Notes: generated by a model from the sequence alone, not told the origin. DNA of 64,000 nucleotides from Bdellovibrionota bacterium (GCA_041739995.1 JBGSMV010000029.1:96001-160000), one strand, 5' to 3'. Positions 19,614 through 30,583 are shown, numbered from the stretch's first letter. Translations and numbers: made by a program.

Positions 19614-20156
19614 ATGCCCGTAGCACCTATTACGAAAGCGCTGGATGATTTGATCTCTAACGAGATTCAGTTGCACCATGGCTACGTAAAGGCGTTAGAG
19701 CTCGAGCAACAAATCGTAATTTCTGGTAAAACAGAAGGACTTGCGGTTGCGACCGCTCAGCGTGAGAGGTTTATTCAGGGTATTGCTCGCGCTCAAGACG
19801 CACGCTTCACCCTGATGCGTAAAGAGCTCGGAGAACCTGAGTTTCTCGGGCGACAAAAAGCACCACCACCTTCAATCCCATTATCACAGTTTGTGAAGCG
19901 ATTCTGCCACCCCTCAGAGGCTAAAGTGCTCATCCCGAAAATCGATATTTTGCGAGAGCTTGTTTCGGACTCTCAGACTCGTAGTAGGGAATATAGCCAA
20001 GTCGTGGCGTTTTCCCTGCGGATGATTGGCGGACTGGCTTCCATTCTCTGGTCTGCTACCAAGCACGTGGTGCGATCGTATACGCCCGGTGGCACAATGA
20101 AAGAGTCGACGCACGACGGGACTCACCGCAAGTCGGGAGTTCTCAAAGAGATCTAG
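19614..20156 (+). CDS. flgN: flagellar export chaperone FlgN-like protein
   Basis: Helical protein between flgM and flgK with C-terminal SYTPGG; assigned mainly by synteny. Confidence 0.65.
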   Translation: MPVAPITKALDDLISNEIQLHHGYVKALELEQQIVISGKTEGLAVATAQRERFIQGIARAQDARFTLMRKELGEPEFLGRQKAPPPSIPLSQFVKRFCHPSEAKVLIPKIDILRELVSDSQTRSREYSQVVAFSLRMIGGLASILWSATKHVVRSYTPGGTMKESTHDGTHRKSGVLKEI

Positions 20157-20258
20157 ATGAGGGCCCATAGGAGCCACTCGTATCCTTCGCGCCTTCTGGT
20201 TAAGTTTTATAGGCGCGGAAACCTCAGAGTGAGCCGAGGGGAAAACAGTTTTCCTTGC

Positions 20259-20365
20259 CTAGGAGTCTGTGACACAGGCACAGACGACGTCCCGCCGTAG
20301 CCTAATGAAATTAAATGAAAGCACAGGCACATGCGAGCGAAGGCGGACCCTAATCAAAAAGCACG
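20259..20365 (-). mobile_element. MITE family C, copy with one degenerate end
   Basis: CTAGGAGTCTGTGACACAGGCACAGACGACGTCCCGC...GCGAGCGAAGGCGGAC aligns to the reverse complement of 48137-48263. Confidence 0.7.
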
Positions 20366-20503
20366 CTCATCCACTACAACATTGCGTATCCATCAAAGAA
20401 GTTCTCATGTTCTTTGTGGTGCAAAGCAAGGCTTCAACTTACTCGTTCATCACCTGATTCCTCGAGTTTAAATTTCTACAGTAGTCCCATCCATTGCCCG
20501 CCC

Positions 20504-20518
20504 TGGCACAGCGCTTGC
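20504..20518 (+). promoter_or_regulatory. sigma-54 promoter of flgKL
   Basis: TGGCAC-AGCGC-TTGC, perfect consensus, 77 bp before the flgK ATG. Confidence 0.8.
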
Positions 20519-20595
20519 CTTATTAAGATACTGAGAGGTGGCATCAGGCAAGATTTGCTGGTGCTAAAGACCTCCCAGAGTTCTTACAGGGCGAA

Positions 20596-22263
20596 ATGGC
20601 TAACTTTGGCGCAAAAATTCTTAATAACGCGGTTGGCGCTCTTAGCGCTCAGCAGGCAATTATTGCCAACATCGGCAACAATATCGCCAACGTCAATACG
20701 CCTGGCTACTCACGGCGTACTGTCTCTTTAGAGACGAACTTTGGACGCGGTTCTGAGTCGGGCGTCAACATCGGGAGTGGCGTACGAATCAGCTCCGTGA
20801 GCCGAGTGAGCGATGAGTTCATTGAACGCCTGCTGAGAGAATCCCTTGGCAGCCACGGATCAAACGGAATACAAAACGAATTCCTGCAGCGCATCGAAGG
20901 TCTTTTCAATCTCACTGGCGATCGTCAGACGGTCGGCTCCAGTTTGTCTTCGTTTTTCACCTCGCTTGATGACTTAGCGGCGGATCCCGCCAGTGTCGAG
21001 CTTAGATCTAACGTGATGCAACGAGGGAACGATCTCACCCAGACAATTCGAGATACCTTTAATACCCTGGCGCGCCTACAGACAGAGGCGGATCAGCGCC
21101 TGGTGACCGAAGTCCAAACGGTTAATTCAATCCTGACCCAAATTGGACAGATAAACGGGCGAGTAAAGGTCATTGAGCAGAACGGATCGGGCCCAGAAGC
21201 CTCAGATGAACGCGATCAGCGCAATCTTCTTCTTGGGCAACTAGCCGAGAAACTTTCCTTCTCCTCAGTCGAGCTCGCTGATGGAAGTATTTCGATTTCG
21301 CTTTCAAGCGGTCTTACCTTAGTAAATGGAACCACGGTCAAGCCGTTAACCACCACTACGACCCCAAGCTTCGCCCCCGGTGCGCTTCCCCCGTCCCTTG
21401 ACGGTGGGCTACTGAACTATGTTGTTTTTGATTACGACAGTACTGGGACCTCCCCGGCGCACGTGGACCTTACGCAAGTTCTGAAGAACGGCTCAGGCTC
21501 AATCGCCGGTCTTCTTGCGTTGCGCGGATACAATGATCCATCTAGTACAACCGCCTTTGAGGGCGACGGCACGATCACGCAGGTCGCTGGGCGAATAGAG
21601 GCTCTTACGCGCTCGCTATTGACCTCGTTCAACTCTACATACTTAGGACCAGATCGCGACGGCGCAACAGCAGGGCATCAGCCCAGTTCCGGTGACTTAG
21701 ACGGGGACACGCCTGCAGTCTTCGGTTTTTTCGACTTTAATTTCTCAGGGGCAAAGGATCGAGGTGTGACACCCGACGGTCTTCCTACCAGCGGCGATCT
21801 TAATGACATTATCGCGAACACTGGCACCAGAAATTTTTCCAGTATCTTTACCCTCGCTATTTCCGATCCGCGTGATATCGCGGCGGCGAGGGATGTCAGC
21901 GGTGGTCCTCCAGCCGCGGCAGAGTTTCCACCTGGCGATAATCAGAATCTGCTGGCGCTGATGGCCCAACGCAATCAGGCACAAACGCTCTCCGCAGGAG
22001 GATTCTCACTGAATGCCACCTGGGATCAGTCCTATATCGAGTCCGTCACCTTTATTGGGAATAAGAGTGCGACTATATCCGTGGCCGCGTCGGTCGCTGA
22101 GGCGTCGCTCTCAACGGTACAATCACGCCGAGATTCGGCGTCGGCAGTTAATCTTGACGAAGAGTTTACTCGCCTCATACAGGCGCAGAAGTCTTACGAA
22201 GCCTCGGCTCGAATGATTCGAATTGCGGATGAACTATTACAACAAATTCTACAGTTGATATGA
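20596..22263 (+). CDS. flgK: flagellar hook-associated protein FlgK
   Basis: NNIANVNTPGYSRR, VNLDEE...QKSYEASARMI. Confidence 0.95.
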   Translation: MANFGAKILNNAVGALSAQQAIIANIGNNIANVNTPGYSRRTVSLETNFGRGSESGVNIGSGVRISSVSRVSDEFIERLLRESLGSHGSNGIQNEFLQRIEGLFNLTGDRQTVGSSLSSFFTSLDDLAADPASVELRSNVMQRGNDLTQTIRDTFNTLARLQTEADQRLVTEVQTVNSILTQIGQINGRVKVIEQNGSGPEASDERDQRNLLLGQLAEKLSFSSVELADGSISISLSSGLTLVNGTTVKPLTTTTTPSFAPGALPPSLDGGLLNYVVFDYDSTGTSPAHVDLTQVLKNGSGSIAGLLALRGYNDPSSTTAFEGDGTITQVAGRIEALTRSLLTSFNSTYLGPDRDGATAGHQPSSGDLDGDTPAVFGFFDFNFSGAKDRGVTPDGLPTSGDLNDIIANTGTRNFSSIFTLAISDPRDIAAARDVSGGPPAAAEFPPGDNQNLLALMAQRNQAQTLSAGGFSLNATWDQSYIESVTFIGNKSATISVAASVAEASLSTVQSRRDSASAVNLDEEFTRLIQAQKSYEASARMIRIADELLQQILQLI

Positions 22264-23255
22264 CACGTATTTCTGAAAACCAACTTGCGCGTACCCTCCT
22301 GGTAGATATCGCCAGAAATCGAGAGCAGTACGCGCGATTTAGCCAAGAATTGGCCACCGGATATAAGGTCGTAGATCCTGGAGACTCTAGATTCTCAGGC
22401 ACCATCGCCCAATACCGAGAGACATTGGATCGTCTTGCAGGCCACAAGCGCCGGGCTGAATCCGTGACGGGAGTTTTGGCTTTCCAGGACAATGCGTTGG
22501 CTCAAGCGAATGAGATCCTGGTAAGAGCCAATGAGCTAGCCACTCAAGGCGCTAATGAGACTATCGGGGTGGCGGTTCGTGCTCAGATGGCGGAGGAAGT
22601 ATTCGAGTTGCGCAACCATTTAGTGAGTTTAGCTAATTCGCAGTACCAAGGGCGCTATGTGTTTGCGGGAGTCGACGATGATGATGCGCCCTTTGGCGCG
22701 AGCACCTATACCAATCCTGCTACCGGGGCCGCCAGTGAACGTTGGGTGTATGATGACACCACTGTGGAAGTGGGGAATGCTCGAACTCGTTCGGTGAATA
22801 TAACGGATGATCTTCAAATTGCGGTGGCAAAGCCTGGAGATGCGCTCTTTAGTAATGCCCTCGCGGGGCTCGAGCGGCTCGGTCGAGCTCTTGCCGGATT
22901 TCAAACGCTTCCTTCTACTGGCTTGCCCGATGGTACCGGAGCTGCGTTCAATTTGCCGACAGAACTCAGTCTGCAGACCCAAGAGATTCAGGGTTCGATT
23001 GACTTCATTAAGCAAGCGCGGGAGCGCGACATTATTCCTGAGCGTGTGTCAGTTGGGGCAGGGCTGCGGAGATTGCAGACTGCGCTTTCATTGATTGACC
23101 TGACTCAGACCGATGCGACCGAGGCGCTCAGCAAGCTTCAAGACGCAGATATCGCAGCGTCTGGGACCGGATTACAGCAAGCACAGACGGCGCTGGAAGT
23201 GTCTTATTCAGTGACGACTCGCGCATTGCAGCTCAATATTCTTCAGTTTCTCTAG
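22260..23255 (+). CDS. flgL: flagellar hook-associated protein FlgL
   Basis: LATGYKV..PGD, ANSQYQGRYVFAG, LQDAD; overlaps the flgK stop. Confidence 0.9.
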   Translation: MTRISENQLARTLLVDIARNREQYARFSQELATGYKVVDPGDSRFSGTIAQYRETLDRLAGHKRRAESVTGVLAFQDNALAQANEILVRANELATQGANETIGVAVRAQMAEEVFELRNHLVSLANSQYQGRYVFAGVDDDDAPFGASTYTNPATGAASERWVYDDTTVEVGNARTRSVNITDDLQIAVAKPGDALFSNALAGLERLGRALAGFQTLPSTGLPDGTGAAFNLPTELSLQTQEIQGSIDFIKQARERDIIPERVSVGAGLRRLQTALSLIDLTQTDATEALSKLQDADIAASGTGLQQAQTALEVSYSVTTRALQLNILQFL

Positions 23256-23536
23256 CCAGACAGATTTCTGGGTCGACCACGACTGCTTAGGGCAAATGAG
23301 GTGCCGTATTTGGCTGCCGGAGAGTGAATCGCCAGTCAGATCACCATCATCTACTCACAGGGGGAGCATCGCCCCCTTCATAAATGCCTAGGATGCGACA
23401 CTGTTTGAATATTATTGCCATTGAATAGAAGTGGATTGCATCTTGGGCGCAGCGAGGCGAATCTAACGTACTGAAGGTTCTGAGCTTTGATGGTCGCGGA
23501 AAGATCGCGTAGAGCCAAGGAAGGCGGGAAGAGAGA

Positions 23537-24130
23537 ATGCTGATTCTTACGAGAAAGCCAGGTGAAAGTCTCTACATCGGTGATGATATCAAAATCACCA
23601 TTGTTGAGCTTAAAGGCCACCAGATTCGAGTAGGAATTGACGCGCCAAAGGAAAAGCGCATCTACCGCGAAGAAATTTACCTCCAGATCCTCGAAGAAAA
23701 TAAGAGCGCTGCGGCAACGCCAGCGGGTTTTGAACTTGGGCTGGAGAATGTCTCGGCGGCTTGGACGCAGAGATCGGCTCCGGGTGGTGGCTCTGGCAGC
23801 TCGGCTGGTAGCGAAGGCGCCGGAGAGCCGCCTAAGCGTGGGGGCTTCGCAGGCTTGTCGCGCATGCGAGCATCTGGGTCCCCACAGGGAGGAGCAGCGC
23901 CTCGCAGTTCCTCGACGGTTTCTGAGGGGGTTCCTGAGGCCGCCACTGTGGAGCCAAGGACTGAAGACCCAGAGACTGAGGGTTCAGTGGCCAGATCTAC
24001 TGGTCCCGAGAGTGTGAATTTAGGTTCGATTGAAGGGCCACGACAAAATAGAGTGCGTCGTGATCTTGGTTCAGCAGATGTTCCGGTAGTAGTGGTACGG
24101 CGAAAGAGGCCAAAGAAAGTCGATGAGTGA
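23537..24130 (+). CDS. csrA: carbon storage regulator CsrA with long C-terminal extension
   Basis: [23 protein letters not shown]...[18 protein letters not shown]. Confidence 0.95.
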   Translation: MLILTRKPGESLYIGDDIKITIVELKGHQIRVGIDAPKEKRIYREEIYLQILEENKSAAATPAGFELGLENVSAAWTQRSAPGGGSGSSAGSEGAGEPPKRGGFAGLSRMRASGSPQGGAAPRSSSTVSEGVPEAATVEPRTEDPETEGSVARSTGPESVNLGSIEGPRQNRVRRDLGSADVPVVVVRRKRPKKVDE

Positions 24131-24671
24131 TAGTTCGGATAGCGACAGCAATCAGCTCGTAGTGAAGAGCACGCGATTCGGGGAGCTTGAAGTTCCAGCC
24201 GATAGTGTCATCACGATCAAGTCGGGACTGATCGGGTTTCCGCGCCACAAGCAATTTGTGATGATTGATCACAAGCCACCATTCTCTTGGTTACATTGTG
24301 TCGATGACCCAAATCTTGCGTTTGTGGTTGTTGACGGTTTCCAGTTTGGCGAGCGCTATTCGGTCAAAGCTCCCATAGGCGATGCGGATACTGACCTAAA
24401 AGACGGCGATGAGTACGCGATTTTGGTGGTGGTTACCGTGCGTCCGAATGCCGCTGAAACCACAGCAAATCTTAAAGCCCCGATTTTCGTGAATATCCGT
24501 AACCGTCAGGGCGTGCAGATTATTTTCGATGATCCGCGCCTTTCTACCCGTTTTCCCCTGTGGGAATCGGAAGAAATGGTTGCCCAGCAGGAAGAATCCG
24601 CCGCCGGCGATACCAAAAAGCCTCATTCAGAGGTAAAAGACACTCCAAGCAAGAAGGCGTACAAGAGCTAG
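24123..24671 (+). CDS. fliW: flagellar assembly factor FliW
   Basis: [27 protein letters not shown]; overlaps csrA. Confidence 0.95.
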   Translation: MSDSSDSDSNQLVVKSTRFGELEVPADSVITIKSGLIGFPRHKQFVMIDHKPPFSWLHCVDDPNLAFVVVDGFQFGERYSVKAPIGDADTDLKDGDEYAILVVVTVRPNAAETTANLKAPIFVNIRNRQGVQIIFDDPRLSTRFPLWESEEMVAQQEESAAGDTKKPHSEVKDTPSKKAYKS

Positions 24672-24811
24672 TGTCCTGAGTGAGAAGTTACTTTGAGTAT
24701 CTTTCTCACTGTTCTCGCTGAACTCATTGTGTATTTTCTTAAAGACATTCACAAAGAGATTCAGTGAGCCCAGCGAGACGTACGCATCGAGCTCTTAACG
24801 CAGGAGACTAG
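24668..24811 (-). mobile_element. MITE family A, copy 3 (its CTAG is the fliW stop)
   Basis: CTAGTGTCCTGAGTGAGAAGTT...CTCTTAACGCAGGAGACTAG; reverse orientation to copy 1. Confidence 0.85.
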
Positions 24812-24894
24812 TGCAGCAATGAGGCGTAGATCCCTGCACCTGAATTGGCGGCTGGTGCGGTTCACGACCTGTGGCGGAGGAGTGTTTATCCACG

Positions 24895-25950
24895 ATGACA
24901 AATTCATTCTCGTATAAGTCAGCCGGTGTTGATATCGATGTGGCCGACGCCACCAAGCGGGAGATGGCGGCCAGTCTTGAGCCATCTGATCCGCGTGTGC
25001 TCAACCGAGTCGGAGCCTTCGCCTCTCTCTTCTCTGCCGAGTTCCCGGGCATAACCGATCCAGTGCTCGTGCTTAAAATGGAAGAGCCAGGGACTAAGCA
25101 AAAGCTTGCGTTCACTGGTCCTCCCGAGAAGGGCTGGGTACGCTCGATATGCTTTGACATGATTAATCATCTGATAAATGACATCGCAGTAATGGGCGCC
25201 ACGCCCTTAGCCGTGCAGGACGCAATCATCTGCGGCAAGTTAGAGCAGCACACGGTGGGGGACTTGGTGCGCGGTATCGCCGATGCCTGTCGAGCTCAAG
25301 GGTGCTCATTGGTAGGCGGTGAGACTTCGGAGCAGCCGGGAGTTTTAGCGCCGGGCATCTATGTGCTTACTGCGAGTATAGTGGGAGTCGTAGATCGCGG
25401 CAGCATTATCGACGGCAGCAAGATTTCTGATGGTGACGTAGTGCTGGGTGTGGGGTCGAACGGGCTGCACACCAATGGCTATTCTTTGGTGAGAGCACTA
25501 CTCGATTCCCATAAGACGCTGGCTGCAAGCAAAGTGGGCGAGGGGACTTTTATGGATGCGATTATGGCCCCGCATCTTTGTTACTATCCCGCACTGAAGG
25601 ATCTGTTTCCGCGTAAAGTCTTCAATGGCCTTGCTCATATCACCGGGGGAGGAATTGAAGGAAATCTTTCTCGTATCATTCCGGCTGGTTTGTGTGCAGA
25701 TATTGAGTTATCGCAAATTCCTATGCTCGAAGTTTTTTCTTCAATTCGAGAGGTTGGTGCACTTTCACAAGAGGAGATGCTCAAAACATTTAACTGTGGA
25801 GTAGGGCTGGTTGCTGTCGTCGAGCAGAAGGCGCTAGCTCCAACCGTTGCCGCAATCACCGCACACGGCTTGAGCGCGTTTCCGCTTGGCACCATTCGTC
25901 GTCGCGCATCGAGTGAAGCTTCTGTAGCGTTACGTGGGCAACTTGCCTGA
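24895..25950 (+). CDS. purM: phosphoribosylformylglycinamidine cyclo-ligase
   Basis: YKSAGVDI, GGETSEQPG, SNGLHTNGYSLVR, AHITGGG, TFNCGVG. Confidence 0.95.
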   Translation: MTNSFSYKSAGVDIDVADATKREMAASLEPSDPRVLNRVGAFASLFSAEFPGITDPVLVLKMEEPGTKQKLAFTGPPEKGWVRSICFDMINHLINDIAVMGATPLAVQDAIICGKLEQHTVGDLVRGIADACRAQGCSLVGGETSEQPGVLAPGIYVLTASIVGVVDRGSIIDGSKISDGDVVLGVGSNGLHTNGYSLVRALLDSHKTLAASKVGEGTFMDAIMAPHLCYYPALKDLFPRKVFNGLAHITGGGIEGNLSRIIPAGLCADIELSQIPMLEVFSSIREVGALSQEEMLKTFNCGVGLVAVVEQKALAPTVAAITAHGLSAFPLGTIRRRASSEASVALRGQLA

Positions 25951-26188
25951 GCACCTCAAACTCAGCGTTCTGAGACGTTTACGTTACCCCTTGGCATACT
26001 GCTTACTCCCGGGAGCATGGTAGGGCAGGCATAGCGCTATCCGGTACATTTGGGCCTATGTCCAGTGTCCGCATTCCCAATCTTGGCGAAATTAGGCGCG
26101 GAGCTTCTTCTGAGAGAAATTTTGAGGGAGGTATTCTCACCTTTCTAGGTGAAATTCGTATTTTGAGCGTCAGATTCTAACCATCTGT

Positions 26189-26932
26189 TTGATCGCGAGT
26201 GACAGTACGGTGATCGTGGGTGGAACCATAGCGGGAACGGCGGCGAGTTTGGCCAATAATGGTGTGGTGATTCTTGCAAATAAGGGCTCGATCGCTCCTG
26301 GGCCTGAGTGCGAAGGTCCAGGCTGCCACGCATTTACTTTACCATCTTCCCCTGCATGGGCGACCGCCTGTCCAAATCCAGCCGACCAGATTGATATCAC
26401 CACGTCGACGTACGTGGGGAGCCTCCCTGCTGGCTGCTATGGCGATCTGATGGTCAATGCTGACTTTGCGTTGCTTGATCGATCTGCTGCTTATCACTTT
26501 AGGCAAGTCAACTTTCAAGGCAACAGCAACGAGCTCACTTTCGGTGCAATCCCGGTCGGGGAGAAGGCCGAAATATACGTCGAGGAGATAGACTCCAATA
26601 ACAATCGAAACCATATTACTGGCAATCGAGTGATGAATAAAAACAACTCAGGTAACACCGGGAAATTTAATGCGCCGCATCAGTTGGTGATCCATTACAC
26701 CGGCGTCAAGCCCATCCATTTCGGCGGAACGAGCGACGTATATGCACACCTCATTGCTCCGAATGCGCATGTGACTTCGACTGGAAACACTGACTTCTAT
26801 GGTGGCATCGAGAGCAATAGCATTCAGATCACCGGAAACGCCGACTACTTCTACGATGAGAACATTGGCGTGGCTCAGCCGGTATCGAATCTCGCGTTTG
26901 AAATTAGAAAAACGAGTCAGCGTTACCGCTAG
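26189..26932 (+). pseudogene. probable 5'-truncated PilX-like/beta-rich exported protein (C-terminal part only)
   Basis: APNAHVTSTGNTDFYGGIESNSIQITGNADYFYDE C-terminus; begins mid-domain at TTG, no signal peptide, in-frame TGA at 26150. Confidence 0.5.
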
Positions 26933-27223
26933 TTCGATAACTTTTAAGTGCGACAAGAAATTCCGACCCAGGTTTTTCTGGGTGGGCGTCTGTATCTAAC
27001 CTGAAATACGGATAGATCAGAGGTTGATGTAGGGGTCAAGCTATGTACCTCTACCTCGGTCGGCTCAGTGAGACTCTGGAAGAAGCATTCGATGAGCTCA
27101 AGTTTCATAAGTACTTAGAATCAATTTTGAATTTGCTAACAGCTGAAATCCGACCTCTGCGCTTTTGCTTGCGGTGAACGTCTTGGGTTGTCTTCGTAGA
27201 AAGGCGGGATATAGTTCGGCCCA

Positions 27224-27787
27224 ATGGAACCCCTTGGGTCAGGTCTTCTTTCCGAACCTCGCAGAGTGATTCCGCTGACCAGTGCTGCGGACGCTGAAAT
27301 CTCGCGTCTGCTTCACGATGCACGGGTAACCTTCGACCCCTCACTCCCTGAGAACCGAGGTTTTTCAGTTCAATTGAGTGGCAAGGCCAGCGAGGTGCTG
27401 GTGGTGCTGCGTCACGAAGGCAATTGTAAGTCGTATGGGTTTACCATCGAAGCGCGTCCCATGAATGAGCGCAGCAGTGCCTTTGACCTGCGAAAATTTG
27501 AAATCGAAGTGCTTCAGATCTCGGCAGACGATCAGTCCCCAGTTGGTTCACTTTCGCGCAACGCGCATCGTCTAGCCTGTGGCCCGTTCGAGCCGGATAA
27601 GAATTATATTATCCAGGTACTCAGACCACCCCAGGTGATAGCGGAGAGGTTCCGCCCGAAGGCCGGGCCACCAGTTGGATCCGAAGAGTGGGGGGACTTA
27701 AAATTTCCACGGGTTGGCTCAGAAGCAGAGGGCGAGGACTCAGATCTACTAGTTTGCTCTCCGACCATGCAGCAAAAAGTGGGATAG
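27224..27787 (+). CDS. hypothetical protein
   Basis: 187-aa ORF; no family recognised. Confidence 0.6.
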   Translation: MEPLGSGLLSEPRRVIPLTSAADAEISRLLHDARVTFDPSLPENRGFSVQLSGKASEVLVVLRHEGNCKSYGFTIEARPMNERSSAFDLRKFEIEVLQISADDQSPVGSLSRNAHRLACGPFEPDKNYIIQVLRPPQVIAERFRPKAGPPVGSEEWGDLKFPRVGSEAEGEDSDLLVCSPTMQQKVG

Positions 27788-27855
27788 CCGATCGCTGTCC
27801 CGCTCAATTCCATTATTTCCCTAATTCCGAAAACCCCAGAGCATTTAACGGCTTT

Positions 27856-27871
27856 TGGCGCGTAACTTGCA
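27856..27871 (+). promoter_or_regulatory. candidate sigma-54 promoter
   Basis: TGGCGC-GTAAC-TTGCA upstream of the FG-GAP gene. Confidence 0.65.
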
Positions 27872-28035
27872 TAAATACTGTAGGCGCAGAGAGCGCTGTC
27901 GCCCCGTTGCGCTCAGCGCTCTCCTGAGTGGCCTGTAATGTGGCGAAACGGAATTTAACTAGGAATCTTTTGGAGTTGAGCCATCTTAGAAACCCCGATC
28001 GTAAAGTCCGCGGACACCCTCGCCGAAATACTCTC

Positions 28036-29643
28036 ATGACCGATGGACCTTACTTTTCTTCCCTCGCTGAGGTGGTTGCTCATGGAGTGTGGCAGCTTTC
28101 AAGAGCCACTCTGGCCCTTGCCGTGCTAGTGACTGGGCTACTTAGCCTAAATCTTTCGACGCTTGAGGCCCAAACCCTTTCAAATCAGCTCGAATACGAC
28201 GAGCCCATCACGGCGCGCTTGAATGGCGGTGGAGTGGGATATAGCTCGCCAACCGTTGCGGAGACTGACGGCGATCCTTCAAACGGGAACGAAATCTTAA
28301 TCGCTGGGGCTGATGGAACTCTGCACGCCTATCGGAGTGACGGCTCAGAGGTTTGGAGTGCGAGGCTTCCCATTTTTTCATGCAGCGGAGCAAAGAAAAA
28401 CGACAAGGTTTACTCATCCCCTGCAGTTGGAACTCTACTGGGCGACGGCGTGCCGTACGTGGTTGTGGGCTATGGCGGATTTTCTGGATCGTGTGCTGGT
28501 GGTATTGCAGCCTATCGTGGAACCGACGGGCAACAGCTTTGGGAATTTGATCTCGCGGCGTTCGGACGCCAAAAGCAGCATTTCGTGCTTAAGCCGACAG
28601 TTTTTAGCACCCCGGCTCTTTTCGATGTTGATGGTGACGGAACACTCGAAGTTGGTTTTGGTGGGTTTGATAGGAATGTCTACCTTCTGAACTCTGATGG
28701 CAGCGTGCGCTGGTACTACCACGCTGCAGATACGGTGTGGTCCTCCCCGGTCTTTACAGATACCAATGGTGATGGTCAGCCAGAGATGATTATCGGCACT
28801 GACATCAGCAAGAATACGTTTCTTAATCCCCCCACCAAAAATGGCGGCTTTGTATACGCGTTTAGTACCCAAACCGTCCGTGGCGGACTTGTTGAGTTCC
28901 GCGATCCATCAAAAGAAATTACTTTGTGGAGCAGGTTTGCTAGACAGGTGATTTTCTCTGCACCAGTGGTAGCGGAAGTGCTGTCGACTAATCCAGGTCT
29001 TGAAATTATTGTGGGGACGGGCTGCTTTTTCCCCGAAGGCACCAACAATAAAGGCGGAAAATTCGTTCGGGTTCTCTCCGCGGCGACAGGCCGTGTGCTG
29101 AAAAAGATAAAAACGCCAACCTGCAACTCTGCCACTCCTGCGATTGGAGATCTTGATGGCGATGGGAATCTTGAAGTAGTTATCGCCACCCCCAGCAACG
29201 TAGAATCAGGTGCCGATGGAAAGGGCAGGTTATTGGCATGGACTCCCGAGACAGGAAACAAACTTTGGGAGCGTAAGCTCGCCGCCATGTTTCCCTTCCA
29301 GTCACCACTGCTCGCTGATCTAGACGCTGACGGGACCCCGGAAGTGATCCAAGCGACTGCCGCTTATATCTACATCTACGATGGTTTGACTGGAGCTCAG
29401 CTTGGACGTGTGCGGCCCGGAGGCACCATGAAGAACACCCCCACCATTGTCGATCTTGACGGAGACGGACGACCGGATCTAGTGGCTGCAAGTGCACAGA
29501 ACGGAAAGGGCAAACTAAGTATATTCCCGAACTTCTCGTCTGAAGCGGGAGAGGAGCGAAGAGGCAGCTCGTCAAACCCCACGGAGGCGCTTATCCCTTG
29601 GGGCTCCTGGAGAAACGGGTCGGGAACTGCCTCGGCTCCTTAG
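28036..29643 (+). CDS. secreted FG-GAP/VCBS-repeat beta-propeller protein
   Basis: Signal-like hydrophobic stretch; repeated SSP...DxDGDGxxE(V/I) motifs. Confidence 0.88.
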   Translation: MTDGPYFSSLAEVVAHGVWQLSRATLALAVLVTGLLSLNLSTLEAQTLSNQLEYDEPITARLNGGGVGYSSPTVAETDGDPSNGNEILIAGADGTLHAYRSDGSEVWSARLPIFSCSGAKKNDKVYSSPAVGTLLGDGVPYVVVGYGGFSGSCAGGIAAYRGTDGQQLWEFDLAAFGRQKQHFVLKPTVFSTPALFDVDGDGTLEVGFGGFDRNVYLLNSDGSVRWYYHAADTVWSSPVFTDTNGDGQPEMIIGTDISKNTFLNPPTKNGGFVYAFSTQTVRGGLVEFRDPSKEITLWSRFARQVIFSAPVVAEVLSTNPGLEIIVGTGCFFPEGTNNKGGKFVRVLSAATGRVLKKIKTPTCNSATPAIGDLDGDGNLEVVIATPSNVESGADGKGRLLAWTPETGNKLWERKLAAMFPFQSPLLADLDADGTPEVIQATAAYIYIYDGLTGAQLGRVRPGGTMKNTPTIVDLDGDGRPDLVAASAQNGKGKLSIFPNFSSEAGEERRGSSSNPTEALIPWGSWRNGSGTASAP

Positions 29644-29701
29644 GCAATTGTACTCGATTGACCGAGAGCACTCTCCCTCCATCGTGAAGAGTTTCTAACT
29701 C

Positions 29702-30583
29702 TTAGTCGGCGGCTAAGTGAGGATATCGTGCCGCACTCTCGAGCAGTTCTTCAGGTGAGAATTTACGTGGAATGATGCGTGCCCAGTCGCCCTCGACCTT
29801 TGCTTGAGGGCACGAGCTTCGAACCCAACGTAAGCGTCCATCCGACTCTGCTCCTTCTGGAGCAAGGCTAGAAAACTCTACTACCTGGCAGTTTTTCATG
29901 TCGCCCGCGGGAGAATGGAAAAAATCACGTTGTTGTTCAGTGGTCATATGGGCGATCTCCGCCCAAGCAGCTTCTATATATTCACCGTGAGAGAAGACCA
30001 GCACGCGCTGATTGGTACATTCTCTTGCGACGCGCTCAAGCAAAACGCGAGATCTGGTTCTGGTAGCCAGCAGGGATTCGCCGTCTGGCATCGGGGTATG
30101 AAGAGGATCGCGTTTGCGTTGATCAAACGAGAGTGTTCGCTCAGTCTCTGTCAGCTCAGAAAATCGTCCCCAGTTTCGTTCTCCGAGTTGAGGGTCTACC
30201 CGAATTTGAGCATTGTTCCAGCCCGCAGCCAAACACAACAGTCCGGCCGTTTCTTGAGCCCTGACATGGTCGGAGACGTAGATGATGTCAAACCCTTCTG
30301 GGTACTGCGCTCTTAGCCAGGCGCCGGTGGTCTTGGCTTGGGCCTGTCCGAGAGCAGAGAGGCGAAATTCTCGGTCTGGAGTATCTAAAAACTTTGGAGG
30401 GAAGGCCGTCAGCTGGCCTCGCTTCACTGCTCGTTGAATGATGTTCGCTTCGCTCTGGCCATGTCGGATGAAGACCAGGCGAGCGGGCATTTCAACTCGG
30501 GGAGCGGTCATAGGGGAGGTAAGTGCTGAGGTAGTCCGCGGTGGAGGAAGAGGCGAGGCAGACTGTGGTGCGGCTTGTTCCAT
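29702..30583 (-). CDS. histidine phosphatase (phosphoglycerate mutase) family protein
   Basis: FIRHGQSEAN, RAQETA, LGERNWG, PDGES, VFSHG. Confidence 0.92.
   Translation of the reverse strand: MEQAAPQSASPLPPPRTTSALTSPMTAPRVEMPARLVFIRHGQSEANIIQRAVKRGQLTAFPPKFLDTPDREFRLSALGQAQAKTTGAWLRAQYPEGFDIIYVSDHVRAQETAGLLCLAAGWNNAQIRVDPQLGERNWGRFSELTETERTLSFDQRKRDPLHTPMPDGESLLATRTRSRVLLERVARECTNQRVLVFSHGEYIEAAWAEIAHMTTEQQRDFFHSPAGDMKNCQVVEFSSLAPEGAESDGRLRWVRSSCPQAKVEGDWARIIPRKFSPEELLESAARYPHLAAD

Noticed and set aside
25992..26006. Sigma-54-like TGGCAT-ACTGC-TTAC
   Set aside because: Lacks the conserved -12 GC
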